From positions 2,170,001 through 2,234,000 of the forward strand of contig NC_043007.1 in assembly GCF_006345805.1 (NCBI RefSeq): a DNA stretch of 64,000 nucleotides, in the 5' to 3' direction. The stretch's first letter is position 1. Each line of letters opens with the position of its first letter. The notes under the pieces are model-generated. The model was not told the DNA's origin, ran no database searches, and saw only the letters and a list, made by a program, of their open reading frames with translations. Origin of the DNA: Octopus sinensis (taxonomy: Eukaryota). Below, piece by piece: positions 11,598 through 24,900 of the stretch. The position numbers and the translations under genes are program-made.

Positions 11598-12212
11598 GTT
11601 AATATGTGTATGGGTGTGTTTTTTGTGAGTCTGTGTGTGTATATGTCATGTGTTTGTTTATGTATGCATTTTGCATGCATATGTACACAAACAGGCACAC
11701 ATACGCACTCACACACACACATATATAGATAGGTAGATATAATACATAATGAAAAGTAAATTTGTATTTAGATTTATTGATAGCAGCCATGACAATATGG
11801 CGTGAAGAAAAAAATATTAAAAATAGCAAAGATAATTTAAAAGAATTGGAATATCTACACATGCATATACACGCATGCGTGCATATATGCTTATGAATAA
11901 ACACACTCGAATATCACGTATATATATATATATATGTGTGTGTGTGTGAGTGTGTGTATGTGTGTGTGTGTGCGTGTGCGTGTGTGTGTGTGGTGTGTTT
12001 GTGTGTGCGTGTGTACATATAAAGAGAAAGGGAAAAAAATGAAATGTAAATTTTTAATGGCGAATAACAAGTGAATATCAGTGTGGATCCAAAATCTTGA
12101 TAGAAACTTTGAAATTGTTTTTTGAGGACATGTGAGGTACTAATATTTAATATATCATAAAAAGTGTGTACAGAAGCATGAATATGTACACACACACACA
12201 CGTGTGCTTTTG

Positions 12213-12249
<37 letters not shown>

Positions 12250-13356
12250 ATATATGTGTGTGTGTGTGTGTATGCATACTTTTCTTTCATAAATAAGTTT
12301 CTCCTTGTTAAAATATAATTTTAAAAATATATTTTGCTCTCATATTTATTTACTGTTCTTTCGTTATTCCTTCAGAACTTTTCTTTCTATCTTCTTTTGT
12401 GTCTTTCCATAATTGCTTTTCCCCTTTAAGTTTCTCTCCTATAATTGTTTTTCATGCATTGATCATTCCCCACAGTTTTGTCTTCGCCCACGTCTAATCG
12501 CTTTGTTTTTATGTCTTTCACCTACAAATAGATTCGCACACACTCGTACACTCATACCTATTCAGATTCACACACACACACGCATACACACACTCACGCT
12601 CATACATATACTGGAACTTGTACATACACACACAAAGACATGGCTGTGCGGTTAACACGTTAGATTTACAACTATGTATTTCCCCCGGTTTGCCTCAATT
12701 CACGTCAAATTGGGCAAAAATAATTTACCATATCGGCTCCAGGTCGACCACAACCTTGTGAAGGAAATTTCACAGAAAGGAAATTACGTGGAAGCTTCTA
12801 GAATGGTCCGTTTCTCTTGTGTAATAACTTAATTCTTAGCCTAATTTATCCTCATCACCTGGATCTTGAGGGGTTTTCGCTGAGGCCCGATCAGAGAGGA
12901 TAAATAAATAAATATTCCTTTCGTCCTCTCAGTAGTTTAAAATGTTCTGAGAAAGATCATATTTGTTGCCCTTCATCTTGAGACTAAGCAATCAAACTCA
13001 CGTCCCCACCAAAAAATGCTTTTCATGGTAGTTATGCATGGTGGCGGATATAGTAGTCAATGCGCAATATATAAATTGACAAAAAGGTGGAGAACTTGAT
13101 AGGATCTCTTGTACGGGAGGCTTATTTCCTATCTACTACATTTCACGTCGAAAATCCAGCTAATTTTAAATAAGTACTTGTTATACATTACGGTCAATTT
13201 AAACAAATATTAATACCCAATAAAACAAAGCCGCTATCTAGTTATAGAAAGATGCATACTATGTATATACGCACCATGCATACACATGCGTATACTTACA
13301 TATACTTAGATACATACATACACATGCACATACATATATATATGTATGTATGTATG

Positions 13357-13388
<32 letters not shown>

Positions 13389-13959
13389 TGTATGTATGTA
13401 TGTGTGTGTTTGTATATACATATATGGAGGTTCATATATACATACACATGCACACACACACACATATATATTTATGTATGTATGTATATATGTGTGTGTG
13501 TAATATATACATATATGGAGGTTCGTGCGTGTACATGGATATGTTAAGTCATTTATGAATATATATATACAGTCACAGACGTTGATATATATGTATATAT
13601 ATACATATATATATATATATACATACATGCACACACACATACACACATATATACACATATACATATATATATAGGTGATTGCTTAAATATTATATATGTG
13701 GTTGTTAGGAAATAATATTGTGTTAAAACATTGTACTGGAATTTTGAGCAGAATCCTGAATGAAATAAAGAAATAAAGTAATGCACGAAGGAGTTAACCA
13801 AGTTCAATTGATAGTGACTCCAATGTATATCCTGAAAGAGTTTTGTTTCAAAAGAACTGTACATTTTTAAACAACATTAAGTCCGCGACAGTTGCGTTGC
13901 AATAGATAACTACTACGAGTTTTACAGTTGTATCTTTTCGTGTTGGGCTCCTTTGTTGT

Positions 13960-14820
13960 ACAAGATAGGTTTGTTCTACAAGCCTAGAAAACTCTAAGTT
14001 ATATACAGTTGAGTCAAACTATTTTGAAATATTATATATATATATTCCAAATATTATTCCAAAGTTTTATATTTGTGTTTAAACCGAGTCAGTTAGATTC
14101 ATCTCCGTCATATCTCCTATATTCCAGAATATTGGAACTTCACCAAATTATGGTTGATACATGAGATAGCAAAACTTTCACAGCTCATAACAAACAAGAC
14201 AGGACAAATTAAAACCTCGAAGTCGCCAGTTTCAACGTTCACAACAGACGAGTCACTTTTTATAAAGCTAATAAAACAAAGACACCAAGGAAATAAAAAA
14301 AAGATGAGATTTTTTTAGAGCAACTTTATAAGGTCCGGATTGCTATTTCTAAGGCAATGCAAAAAGATCGTGTGGCAGTTTAGCAACAGTTCGCAATTCC
14401 GAAATGGTACTGCAGTTTTTATACGAGCGAGAGATGGGTGAGATGGAAGCTACTGAAAACTATAAACTAGTGTTGTATAATTTAACATTTTATGTATATT
14501 GAAATTGCTCTGTACACACCTTATCTAATTAAACATAGAGGTCGCACAGCTTCTTTTGACATTTTATTCATGAAAAAATAGTTGAATGTCTATGCCTTAT
14601 CTAATTACACTTCAATATTTTAATATTCTTAATATACAACTCATTAAATTTGTATGCCATATATCTTGCTGATGCACAGATAAATTAGATTTGTTTTGTA
14701 TCACAGGAAGGTAAAAGAAACTGTCTACACCAAGCTTAAAATGTGTTTTAAAAGGTGACGTTTTGACGCTAAGACTATTTTAATTAGTTGACAGCACACA
14801 GATACACACACAAATATGTA

Positions 14821-14865
<45 letters not shown>

Positions 14866-15096
14866 ACGTACATTTATCTAAATATATGTATGTATACGCA
14901 TATAGAGTATGTGGATGAACGAATGAAAATTGCATTCAATGCTTTTGGTAGGACTTACATGCACAATTTAATAAGAATTAATTTAAATGAATTTAATAAC
15001 CTATTTTGTCAGGTATCTAGAGGAGGTCTGACAAGATAGGTTCGTTCTACGAGCCTAGAAAACTCGAAGTTGTATGCAGTTGAGTCAAACTATTTT

Positions 15097-15101
<5 letters not shown>
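13960..15101. repeat. Pair of ~71-bp direct repeats (13960-14030, 15031-15101)
   Basis: acaagataggttYgttctacRagcctagaaaactcKaagttRtatRcagttgagtcaaactattttRaaa in both copies, each followed by (TA)n. Confidence 0.85.
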
Positions 15102-15166
<65 letters not shown>

Positions 15167-16048
15167 GTGTGTGTGTGTGTGTGTGTGTGTGAGTGTGTGT
15201 GAATCTGTGCATGTGAGTGTGAGTGTGTTTGAGTGCGTGTATATGTGATTGTGTTTGTGTGTATTTTGTAATAAAACTTGTGAATTTCCAGAACTGATAT
15301 CATAAATTATCTAATTTAATTTGTTTCATTTGATATTACCTTCTCTTAAAGTAAGAATAATTATAAAATGATTGAAACCGGTAGTATATTTTGATAAAAA
15401 TGTAAAAAGTTTCTATTTTGTCTCTGATAAAGTTCTCAAAGCATTTTCTTCTTTTCCTTTTCAATGCACGTAAATACATGCATATATACAAATATATCTA
15501 TCTGTCTGTTTGTCTGTCTGTCTGTCTATCTGTCTGAATGTATGTGTATATGTGTGTATGTGGTACACCGGATACGTTGCGAGCTTACTGGAGTTTTGTA
15601 AATGTAAGACAGATTAAAATAATTTTTTGCAAGGTAAACGTCAAATATTAGCATTCCCATTTCACTTCATGAAACATCATCAAAATGGCAAATATCTATC
15701 TCGACACCGGAAATGAAAAGGCACGCGTTGCTCCTGGTCATAAGGTGCCAACGACATCGACTCAGTCTTTCCTTGCTTTTCGAGTTCTTCTAAGCTGTGC
15801 TATGAAATCAAATATAACTGGAAAAAGAAAGCAAAGAAGCTAAATGGAAATCCTTCCAAATGTTACTTGTATCCATTTTATAAATAAAATTTTCACTGAC
15901 AATTTGAGAAACCAGTTCCGTTGTCGTTTCAAAAGTAAGTGTATATATGTATATATGTATATATGTATATATGTATATATATATATATATATATTTTACT
16001 GACACACATATGTATGTACGCATGTATGCATGCATCTGTGTGTGTTTG

Positions 16049-16079
<31 letters not shown>

Positions 16080-16159
16080 GTACACATATATAAGTGAGCA
16101 CTTAAGTGCAAAACAAGGTGGAAAAAGAGATAATACTCGAATACTAAAAGTAGTGTGAA

Positions 16160-16286
16160 ATGGTATTTTATTGAAGCTGAAAGAACTTCACTCGCTGTTA
16201 CTCAGGGTTTCAGAAGTGTCCGATATCTATTACATGGAACTCTGAGTAACACTTCGTGAAATTTATCGGCTTCAATAAAAATTTCC

Positions 16287-16288
<2 letters not shown>
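16160..16288 (+). other. Long imperfect hairpin (~53-bp arms, ~21-nt loop)
   Basis: UGUUACUCAGGGUUUCA pairs fully with UGGAACUCUGAGUAACA (two G.U); outer UUUUAUUGAAGCUGA pairs with UCGGCUUCAAUAAAA. Confidence 0.75.
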
Positions 16289-16382
<94 letters not shown>

Positions 16383-16524
16383 GTCTATTTGTCTGTCTGT
16401 CTGCATGTCTGCCCGTCTGTCTGTCAGTCTATCAGTCTGTCGCTCTGTCTAGATCACTAATCCTAACCCTTTATCTCTACCTACCTACCTACCTACCTAC
16501 CTACCTACCTACCTACCTACCTAC

Positions 16525-16580
<56 letters not shown>

Positions 16581-16620
16581 ATTTCTTGCTATCTATCTAC
16601 CTATCTATCTATCTGCCTAT
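16288..16620. repeat. (TCTA)n/(CTAC)n microsatellite
   Basis: Direct reading. Confidence 0.95.
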
Positions 16621-17590
16621 GTATATATATATATATATATATTATCTATCTCTACATGTGTGCTGGCGTCTGCATGTATGTAAGCACGTATGCATGCATG
16701 TATACATATACATGCATACATGTATGCATGCACGTATGCATGTATATATATGCATATATATATTTATATATATATATATATATATAATATATATATGCAT
16801 GTATATATATATATATATACATTTATTTATTTATTTATTTATTTGCGTATATATACAAACAAATTAAACCACGAATTTATTATACTGTAAATGGTAAAAT
16901 ATTTGGCCCCAAGCGATACGTGATTCGATTCTCGTTTACCTGTTCGTTGATTGCAAACTCTTTGGAAATGCACGTTTCATTGTTCATATTAAATTATCAA
17001 ATAGTTATTTGATAAATAATTCCCACACACTGGTTGGGTGTATTCCTTGTATAGGGTTGTGCATGTGTGTTTGTAATCGTGTGCATTTGTTTATGTGTCC
17101 GTGATCATGTATATCTCTGTTATTGTGTGACTACATAAGTCGGGGAAACGATTATCGAAATTTCACAGGCTTTTGCTTCATTGGAATCTAGGCACACCAC
17201 ACCAACACTTAAGTCGGTAGAAATGGTTAGGCATAATGAAATAGGCTTCACAGCAATGTAAAATAGCATTGAAAGTATCGTGTACGAAAACGACACTGAA
17301 GAACTGTAGATATGTAAGTACCAAACCAAATTTAAACCGTAGATCTGACTCAAGGTTGGTATTAGGTACGGTGTAAGTGTCCCGTTTGCGTTCTTTTATA
17401 CACCCCACCACACATCTATTCAACCATTCTACCCTGCCATTTCTGGCATCCTAGTGTTTATGGGCCTCGATTCTTATGAATCCTATAACTGATATATATA
17501 TATACATGTGTGTGTGTGTGTGTGTGTGTGCGTACACGTATGCATGTATGCACCCGCACACAGACATTGGTAGCAAAACCAAAACACACG

Positions 17591-17711
<121 letters not shown>

Positions 17712-18290
17712 GTAATTATGTATATATAAATATATACATACATATGCATATACATACATACGCACACACTAACGCACACGCATATGTAACTGCAGTAATA
17801 TCGGGTTACTGACCTTAGGGGTTTTTGTCGAGCAAATCGAGCCCAGTACTTATATCTTTCGGCTTGATACTTATTCGTTTTCCGTTGCCGAGCAGCTAAG
17901 TTATGTAACGTAAACTAACCAACTCCACGGTAGTGTCGGGAAAACGCAAGCACACACGCATAGACACAAGATTTCTTTCAGTTCCCGTCTATAAAACTCA
18001 GAAGGCTTTGGTCGTTTGTTCGACACCGTGCTATAGAAAAAAGGTGCTTACACACACACCACACACACACGCAAACACACACATATATAAATAAGCATGT
18101 GCTTCTATACAATTGTCTAACCTCATCATACTACTTTGGCTGATTGTATGTGTTCCTGCCTGCACTGAATTTGCGATAAAGGCAGGATGGTGACAGCAAG
18201 AATGCAATTCTCGATTAGCGGTAATCCCGTCAAACTGAACAATGAGATAACGCATTCTCGTTTGCACTTGAAATCTTTTTTATCCAATTA

Positions 18291-18676
18291 CTAGCAGTAT
18301 CGCCCGGCGTTGCTCGGGTTTGTTTCGACCCTTTAGAATCAGAGTTTTTGAAAAATAAAAATTCTGCACTATGCAGCTTGTTATTCTCTTTAAGTGAACA
18401 TTTTTCTGGTTGAAATACACCGAAAAATGGCAACACAGCAGTAAAAAAATCGTAAAAAATAGGGATTTTCATAGAAAATATTTTTGATGTAAATAATTTT
18501 TGGTCTTCACATGGTCCGAGTTCAATTTTTCTTCTACGAAAGGAAGAGCAAGCCTACTTCTATCATACTCTCAATTTTGGTCAACTTGCGCCTCAGGGTC
18601 TCGGAGAAGATAGTGTTAGTTGAAGGCTACCAAACCTGCTATACACAGACAACTTCAGATTTATATAGAGAGAGAT
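18291..18676 (+). mobile_element. Helentron/DINE-1 (Lep1)-like non-autonomous element
   Basis: 5' ctagcagtatcgcccggcgttgctcggg and 3' ...ttggtcaacttgcgcctcagggtctcggagaagat...acagacaacttcagatttatatagag; architecture typical of HINE/DINE-1 elements. Confidence 0.6.
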
Positions 18677-18902
18677 ATGACTGAACATTTGCACTGTTTT
18701 ATACATACATACATACATACATACATACATACATACATTATGGCTGCCCCCTCGTTATCGAGTATGGCCATTGCACGAAGCTTAACTGTTACTGGTGATG
18801 TGATCGAATGTGACTTTTTAGCCCAGCTAAAGATCTACAATGTCTTGTACAAAATTGGCAACTAAGACCTTACAATACATACATACATACATACATACAT
18901 AC

Positions 18903-18936
<34 letters not shown>

Positions 18937-18941
18937 AATAT

Positions 18942-18974
<33 letters not shown>

Positions 18975-19093
18975 CTATATATATATATATATAATATATA
19001 TATATATATATGTATATATATACATATATATATATATATTGATATATATATATATGTATGTATATAATATATATATACATCATTATATATATA

Positions 19094-19131
<38 letters not shown>

Positions 19132-19150
19132 TTATATATATATATAGATA

Positions 19151-19700
19151 TAGCTGTTGGACCCGGCGTTGTTCGTGTTGAATTTAGCCGACCTCTGACC
19201 TTGTATTGGAATCTTCTACGTTCCCCGTGCCAACTATTGCCCTTGAAGATGTTATATCTGGTTCGGCAGGTTGTTGCAGGATGAGTAAATGTGAAGCAGG
19301 TGGAGGGGAAATGGTCAGAGCAGGCGGTGGAGTTTTGTTGACAGAGCGAAGATTTTGCAGCCGACGACGACGTGTTGAATGGTGCAGCGAAGTGAGGCTG
19401 AAGTAATAAATAAAGACTTTAAGAACGTGTTTTGAAAAAATGAGTTCCCATTAGTGAAAAAATACAAACGCCGTAGGAAAATTAACATCGTTATGGGAAT
19501 TTCCATTCACACGCCCGATTGAACTCACAGAAATCGATGCCAACTGAGCATTATTGAGTTTTCAAAAAATTCCGCCCTTATTTGAACTGTAGGGAATATG
19601 ATCTACCTATGTGCAAAAAAATCATTAAAATCGGTTGGACGGTGTGGGAGGAGTTAAAGTAAACCCACCCACAGATGCCAATACATATTTATGTATATAG
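19151..19700 (+). mobile_element. Helentron/DINE-1-like element with a GC-richer internal segment
   Basis: 5' tagctgttggacccggcgttgttcgtg; 3' aaaatcggttggacggtgtgggaggagtt...atttatgtatatag. Confidence 0.5.
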
Positions 19701-20029
19701 CTATCATACTCCTGCTCATATTCTATGACAAGTTATAAGAAAACAATATAACATTTAACTGACGGATTACGTTATACTCTTTTAGTAGAAGGCATATTTA
19801 GTAAAAATTTACAAAGAAAAAGTTGACAGTAGCTTCGAAGCTGAATACACATCTATCCATCTATCTGTCCGACCGTCCGTATGTCTCACTGTCTGCCTGT
19901 TTGTCTGTCTGTGTGTTCGTTTTCCATCCGTTTATATATCTATCTAGCTAGTTAGCTATCTATCTACCAGTCTATCTGTCTGTCTATTTGCCTGTCTGTT
20001 AGTCTGTCTGTTCATCTATCAATCTCTCG

Positions 20030-20180
<151 letters not shown>

Positions 20181-20628
20181 CTATCTATTTATCTGTCCGT
20201 CTGTCTGTCTGTCTATCAACTTATTTATCTACCTATCTACGTTCGTTAAAATAAATCAACGGCTATTTGGAGGGTTAATGTCTACAAGAATTTAGTCATA
20301 CATAGAAGATGAAAATAAATGGATGCAAAACGTGAATGCAGATAAAATTAATGAATTAGAAATTAAAAGTAAAAACGTTTAAAACATGAATAAAACCTGA
20401 TGTTTAAATTCTCTAATTTACTATATTTAATTAGTAATTCATAAAATTCTGAATGGAGAATTTCTATACCAAATTATTTTCAACATGTAATCGAATTTCC
20501 CTCAGCCCAACTCCATTCCTTCTAAACTGTTTGTCTGTCCAAAATGTTGTCATAAGTTTATCCTAAATTCCCATGTCTGCTTTCAGAATTTAGTTACTCC
20601 TTGTTGTGTGACGAGCTCGCAGATAAGG

Positions 20629-20870
20629 TGGCGAGCTGGCAGAAACATTAGCACGCCGGGCGAAATGCTTAGCGGTATTTCGTCTGCCGTTACGTTCTGA
20701 GTTCAAATTCTGCCGAGGTTGACTCTGCCTTTCATCCTTTCGGGGTCGATAAATTAAGTACCAGTTATGCACTGGGGTCGATATAATCGACTTAATCCGT
20801 TTGTCTGTCCTTGTTTGTCCCCTCTGTGTTTAGCCCCTTGTGTGTAGTAAAGAAATAAGTTACTCCTTCT
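20629..20870 (+). mobile_element. SINE family B
   Basis: ggcgagctggcagaaacattagcacgccgggcg...cctttcggggtcgataaattaagtaccag...agtaaagaaataag. Confidence 0.85.
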
Positions 20871-21389
20871 TCGAAGTTAAGAGACAGATTTTAAATTTCA
20901 CCTTCCAATAAATATACAAAATAATTTTAATTTCTCTCTTGTTTCATGCCGTTTTGCCGCAGGACATTGAGTGCATCACAAATTACCTGATTATTCTCAA
21001 ATTTCATGGCATTGACTCACTTGAATTTTTTGCTTTCTAGTTACGGAAACCGTTAATGACCAAATCCCTTAGTAACAATTTCTATGTGTAAAATCTCTGT
21101 TGACTCATCAGGAGGGTTTGAGTTTGGAATGAATCCTTGAAGAATGACAACGAATCTGAAACAAACCTTAATTATCTTCATGCTTTTTAACCAAAACCAT
21201 ATTTGACCCCGAGCTTGGAATTATTTCAAAGTCTTTGTTAGTATTCGATTTCGAAGCCAATTAACACACAGATTCCTAACTTTCGACTAGTTTTCGTATT
21301 CTTTCACAAACAAACAGAAAACATCAATCGTTTGCAAATTTTTACTTACGTCACCCAAAATGCTACAATGTACATTTTACACACATACA

Positions 21390-21441
<52 letters not shown>

Positions 21442-21559
21442 CATACATACATACATATGCATATACAGTCACACACACACACACACGTATGTAAATATAT
21501 GTATGTTTGTAAATATATATATATATATGTATGTATGTAAGTATGTATGTATATATAAA

Positions 21560-21960
21560 TGTAGCTGCGTGGTAAGAAGTTTGTTTCCCAGCCACATAGG
21601 TTCGAGTTCAGCACCACTGCATTGCAGTGGATCTGGAAGGAGGAAACTAAAAGAAGCCCGTCGTATATTTGTATGTATATATCTAGGTGTGTTCGTGTCT
21701 TTATGTCTGTGTTTGTCCTCCAGCACCGCTTTTCAAACGGTGCTGGTGTGTTTGCATTCCTGTTATCTAATAGTCCGGCAAAAATATCGATAATGTATTA
21801 CCAAGCTTAAAAAAAGCCATGCGGTCGATTTCTCCGGCTAAAACACTTCATGGGGTGCCCCAGCATTGCAAATAAAGGATAAAAGATAAATATACCAGCA
21901 CTCCAGCATGGTCGCAGTCAAAATGACTGAAACAACTAATAGAATATAAAAAGTAAAAGA
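21560..21960 (+). mobile_element. Degenerate SINE family A
   Basis: gctgcgtggtaagaagtttg...aaagaagcccgtcgtatat...cagcatggtcgcagtcaaaatgactgaaac. Confidence 0.7.
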
Positions 21961-21984
21961 ATATACGTATATATATATATCAGG

Positions 21985-22190
21985 TGGAAAGTTGGCAGAA
22001 TGGTTAGCGCGCCGAATAAAATGCTTAGCGAGATTTCATCTGTCTGCACGTTCTGAGTTCAAATTCTGCTGAGGTCGACTTTGCGTTTGATTCTTTCGAG
22101 GTCGATAAAATAAGTAGCAGCTGAACACTGGGATCAATGTAATTGACGTATTCCTCCCTGAGAAATTTCTGGCGTTGTGCCAAAATTATA
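21985..22190 (+). mobile_element. SINE family B, diverged
   Basis: ggcagaatggttagcgcgccg...gttctgagttcaaattctgctgaggtcgactttgc. Confidence 0.75.
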
Positions 22191-22196
22191 TATATA

Positions 22197-22610
22197 TTCT
22201 TTTACTCTTTTACTTGTTTCAGTAATTTGACTGCGGCTATGCTGGAGCACCGCCTTTAGTCAAGCGAATCGACCCCAGGACTTATTCTTTGTAAGCCTAG
22301 TACTTATTCTATCAGCCTCTTTTGCCGAACCGCTACGTTACGGGGACGTAAACACACTAGCATCGGTTGTCATGCGATGTTGGGTGGAGTGACACACACA
22401 AACACACAAGCATATACACACATACATATATATATATACATATATACGACGGGCTTCTTTCAGTTTCCGTCGACCAAATCCACTCACAAGGCTTTGGTCG
22501 GCCCGAGGCTATAGTAGAAGACACTTACCCAAGGTGCCACACTGTGTGACTCAACCCAGAGCCATGTGGTTGGTAAGCAAGCTACTTACCACACAGCCAC
22601 TCCTACGCCT
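22197..22610 (-). mobile_element. SINE family A, full length
   Basis: Reverse complement colinear with 2559-3010. Confidence 0.9.
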
Positions 22611-23316
22611 ATACGCATTTTTAACTGTCTTCTGTGCTATCTTTTCTCTTGCCAAAGAATATTCCTCCAGTGTTCGCTACCTTACCTCGTCTGGTCTAAT
22701 GGCCCTCCATGTTTGTTTTCATTTGGTTTGTTGTATGTCTCTACTGTCCTGTTTTTGCTACCAGCTTTGACCCTCCGAATATCTCAAATTTTATTTTGGT
22801 TCTCGGGAGCAACTGTTTTTCGAAGCCTCAGATTGTCGTTAATTGCTCAAAATGTGGAGCAGATGAACAGCCGACAACTGATGAAAGGTCGTTCTTTATG
22901 TTACTTGTCTTCTTCTCCATTTGTTTCTCTCGTCGTTCGCATACGCAAATTTGCCTTCGTATTTCATGCTATTTTCGTATTTCGTAAATTATGTTTTCGT
23001 ATTTTATGTTGTTTACGTTTTGTGACGTCCTGTACCAATATATGCATATTTATCTACATGCATATGTAAGTATGTACTTATATGTATGTATATATGCATA
23101 TATATATATATTATATATATATATATTTATATTATATACATTATATATATATATACATATTTATATTATATATATATTATTTATATACACATATATATTA
23201 TTTATATTATATATATATACTAATAATATCTAACTATCTATATATAAATATATATTTACACATGTGTGTGTATTTATCTGTGTACGTACGTATGTTTGTG
23301 TATGGGCGTGTTTCTT

Positions 23317-23394
<78 letters not shown>

Positions 23395-23467
23395 CATACA
23401 TATATATATAGTCCTTGTTTGTGCGAAAATGAATCCTGATTAGGAGAATTGTTGCTGACGTAAGAGC

Positions 23468-23525
<58 letters not shown>

Positions 23526-24289
23526 GAAGCAAAGAAAGAGAGATAGAAAGAAAGACACACGCGGCGACCCTGGAAAGGAGAAATGTAAACGCCACTGACC
23601 TCCTGCTATTTAACAACCATAACAACAACAGCAACAACAACCTAACTGACCCAAGAGGGAGGCAAAAGCAATCAGAAGATCGCCAGCAATGGCAATAACA
23701 CTAAACGAAGACTGGCAACATCGCTAAAATAACAATAGTTTATAGAACAATGATATACGTTTGAAGTGGGCCACTTCAGGAAATAGAAAGAATCTGTGTT
23801 TCTGAGGAAGGACAGCCCAGCCTCGTCAATCTTCTCGTTGCAGGTTTAACCGACTTCTTCGCTTCTTTTCTTTTCTTCGTTCCAGATATTAATGATCGAC
23901 ATAAACCCCGCCCTTTATGTTTCAGCCGCGACTTTCTTCCTTCGATGTCCGCCTACTTCTGCGTGTGCATACATGTACATGTACGTACCTACGTTGATGC
24001 GCCTGTTAATATATATATATATATATATATATAATTATGCAGGTATTTATGTACATACATATGTATGTGTTTATGTATGCATGTATGTATATGTGTGTAT
24101 ACACACACATATTTAGAATGATAGATAGTTACATATAATTGTGCAGTAAAAATTGGTTAAAAAACCATGTCGTAGGCGTAAACTGTGCAGAAACGCGTCC
24201 TTTGTCAGTACGTATATATATATATATATAATATATATATATATAATATATATATATTATTATGCATGTATGTATGCATGTATTTTTGT

Positions 24290-24527
24290 ATGTATGTATG
24301 AATGTATTTATGTATGCAATATGTATGTATGTATGTATGTTTGTATGTATGTATGTATGTATGTATGTATGTATGTATGTATGTATGTAGTATGTATGTA
24401 TGTATTTATGTATTTATGTATGTATGTATGTATTATGTATGTATGTATGTATGTATATGTATGTATGTATGTAAGTATGTATGTATGTATGTATGTATGT
24501 ATGTATGTATGTATGTATGTATGTATG

Positions 24528-24558
<31 letters not shown>

Positions 24559-24900
24559 GTATGTATGTATGCATATATACATACACATATGTATGTCATT
24601 TTTCAGTTTTATTTCAAGTTCTTTTGCTAACAGAGAAAAAGCCGGTTTCTAACCTAGATCCAAGGTTCCTTCAGTGGAATTTCAACATCAACAACAGGGT
24701 ATTTTTGTTTGTTTGTATGTATGTATGTATGTATGTATGTATGTATGTATGTATGTATGTATGTATGTATGTATGTATGTATGTATGTATGTATATGTGT
24801 ATGTATGTATGTATGTATGTATGTGTGTATGTATGTATGTATGTATGTATGTATGTATGTATGTATGTATGTATGTATGTATGTATATGTATGTATGCAT
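24290..24900. repeat. Two (TATG)n arrays interrupted by a ~118-bp non-repetitive insert (24598-24716)
   Basis: Direct reading. Confidence 0.85.

Noticed and set aside
12843-12910. Hairpin atttatcctc/gaggataaat enclosing CUGAUCG...GAAA on the minus strand
   Set aside because: Two core changes, G at position 17 and a bulge: too many deviations to call a hammerhead.
15370-15385. GAAACCGGUA (also GAAACCAGUA at ~56972) like the fold-back HHR 3' half
   Set aside because: No recognisable 5' core upstream; at most old relics.
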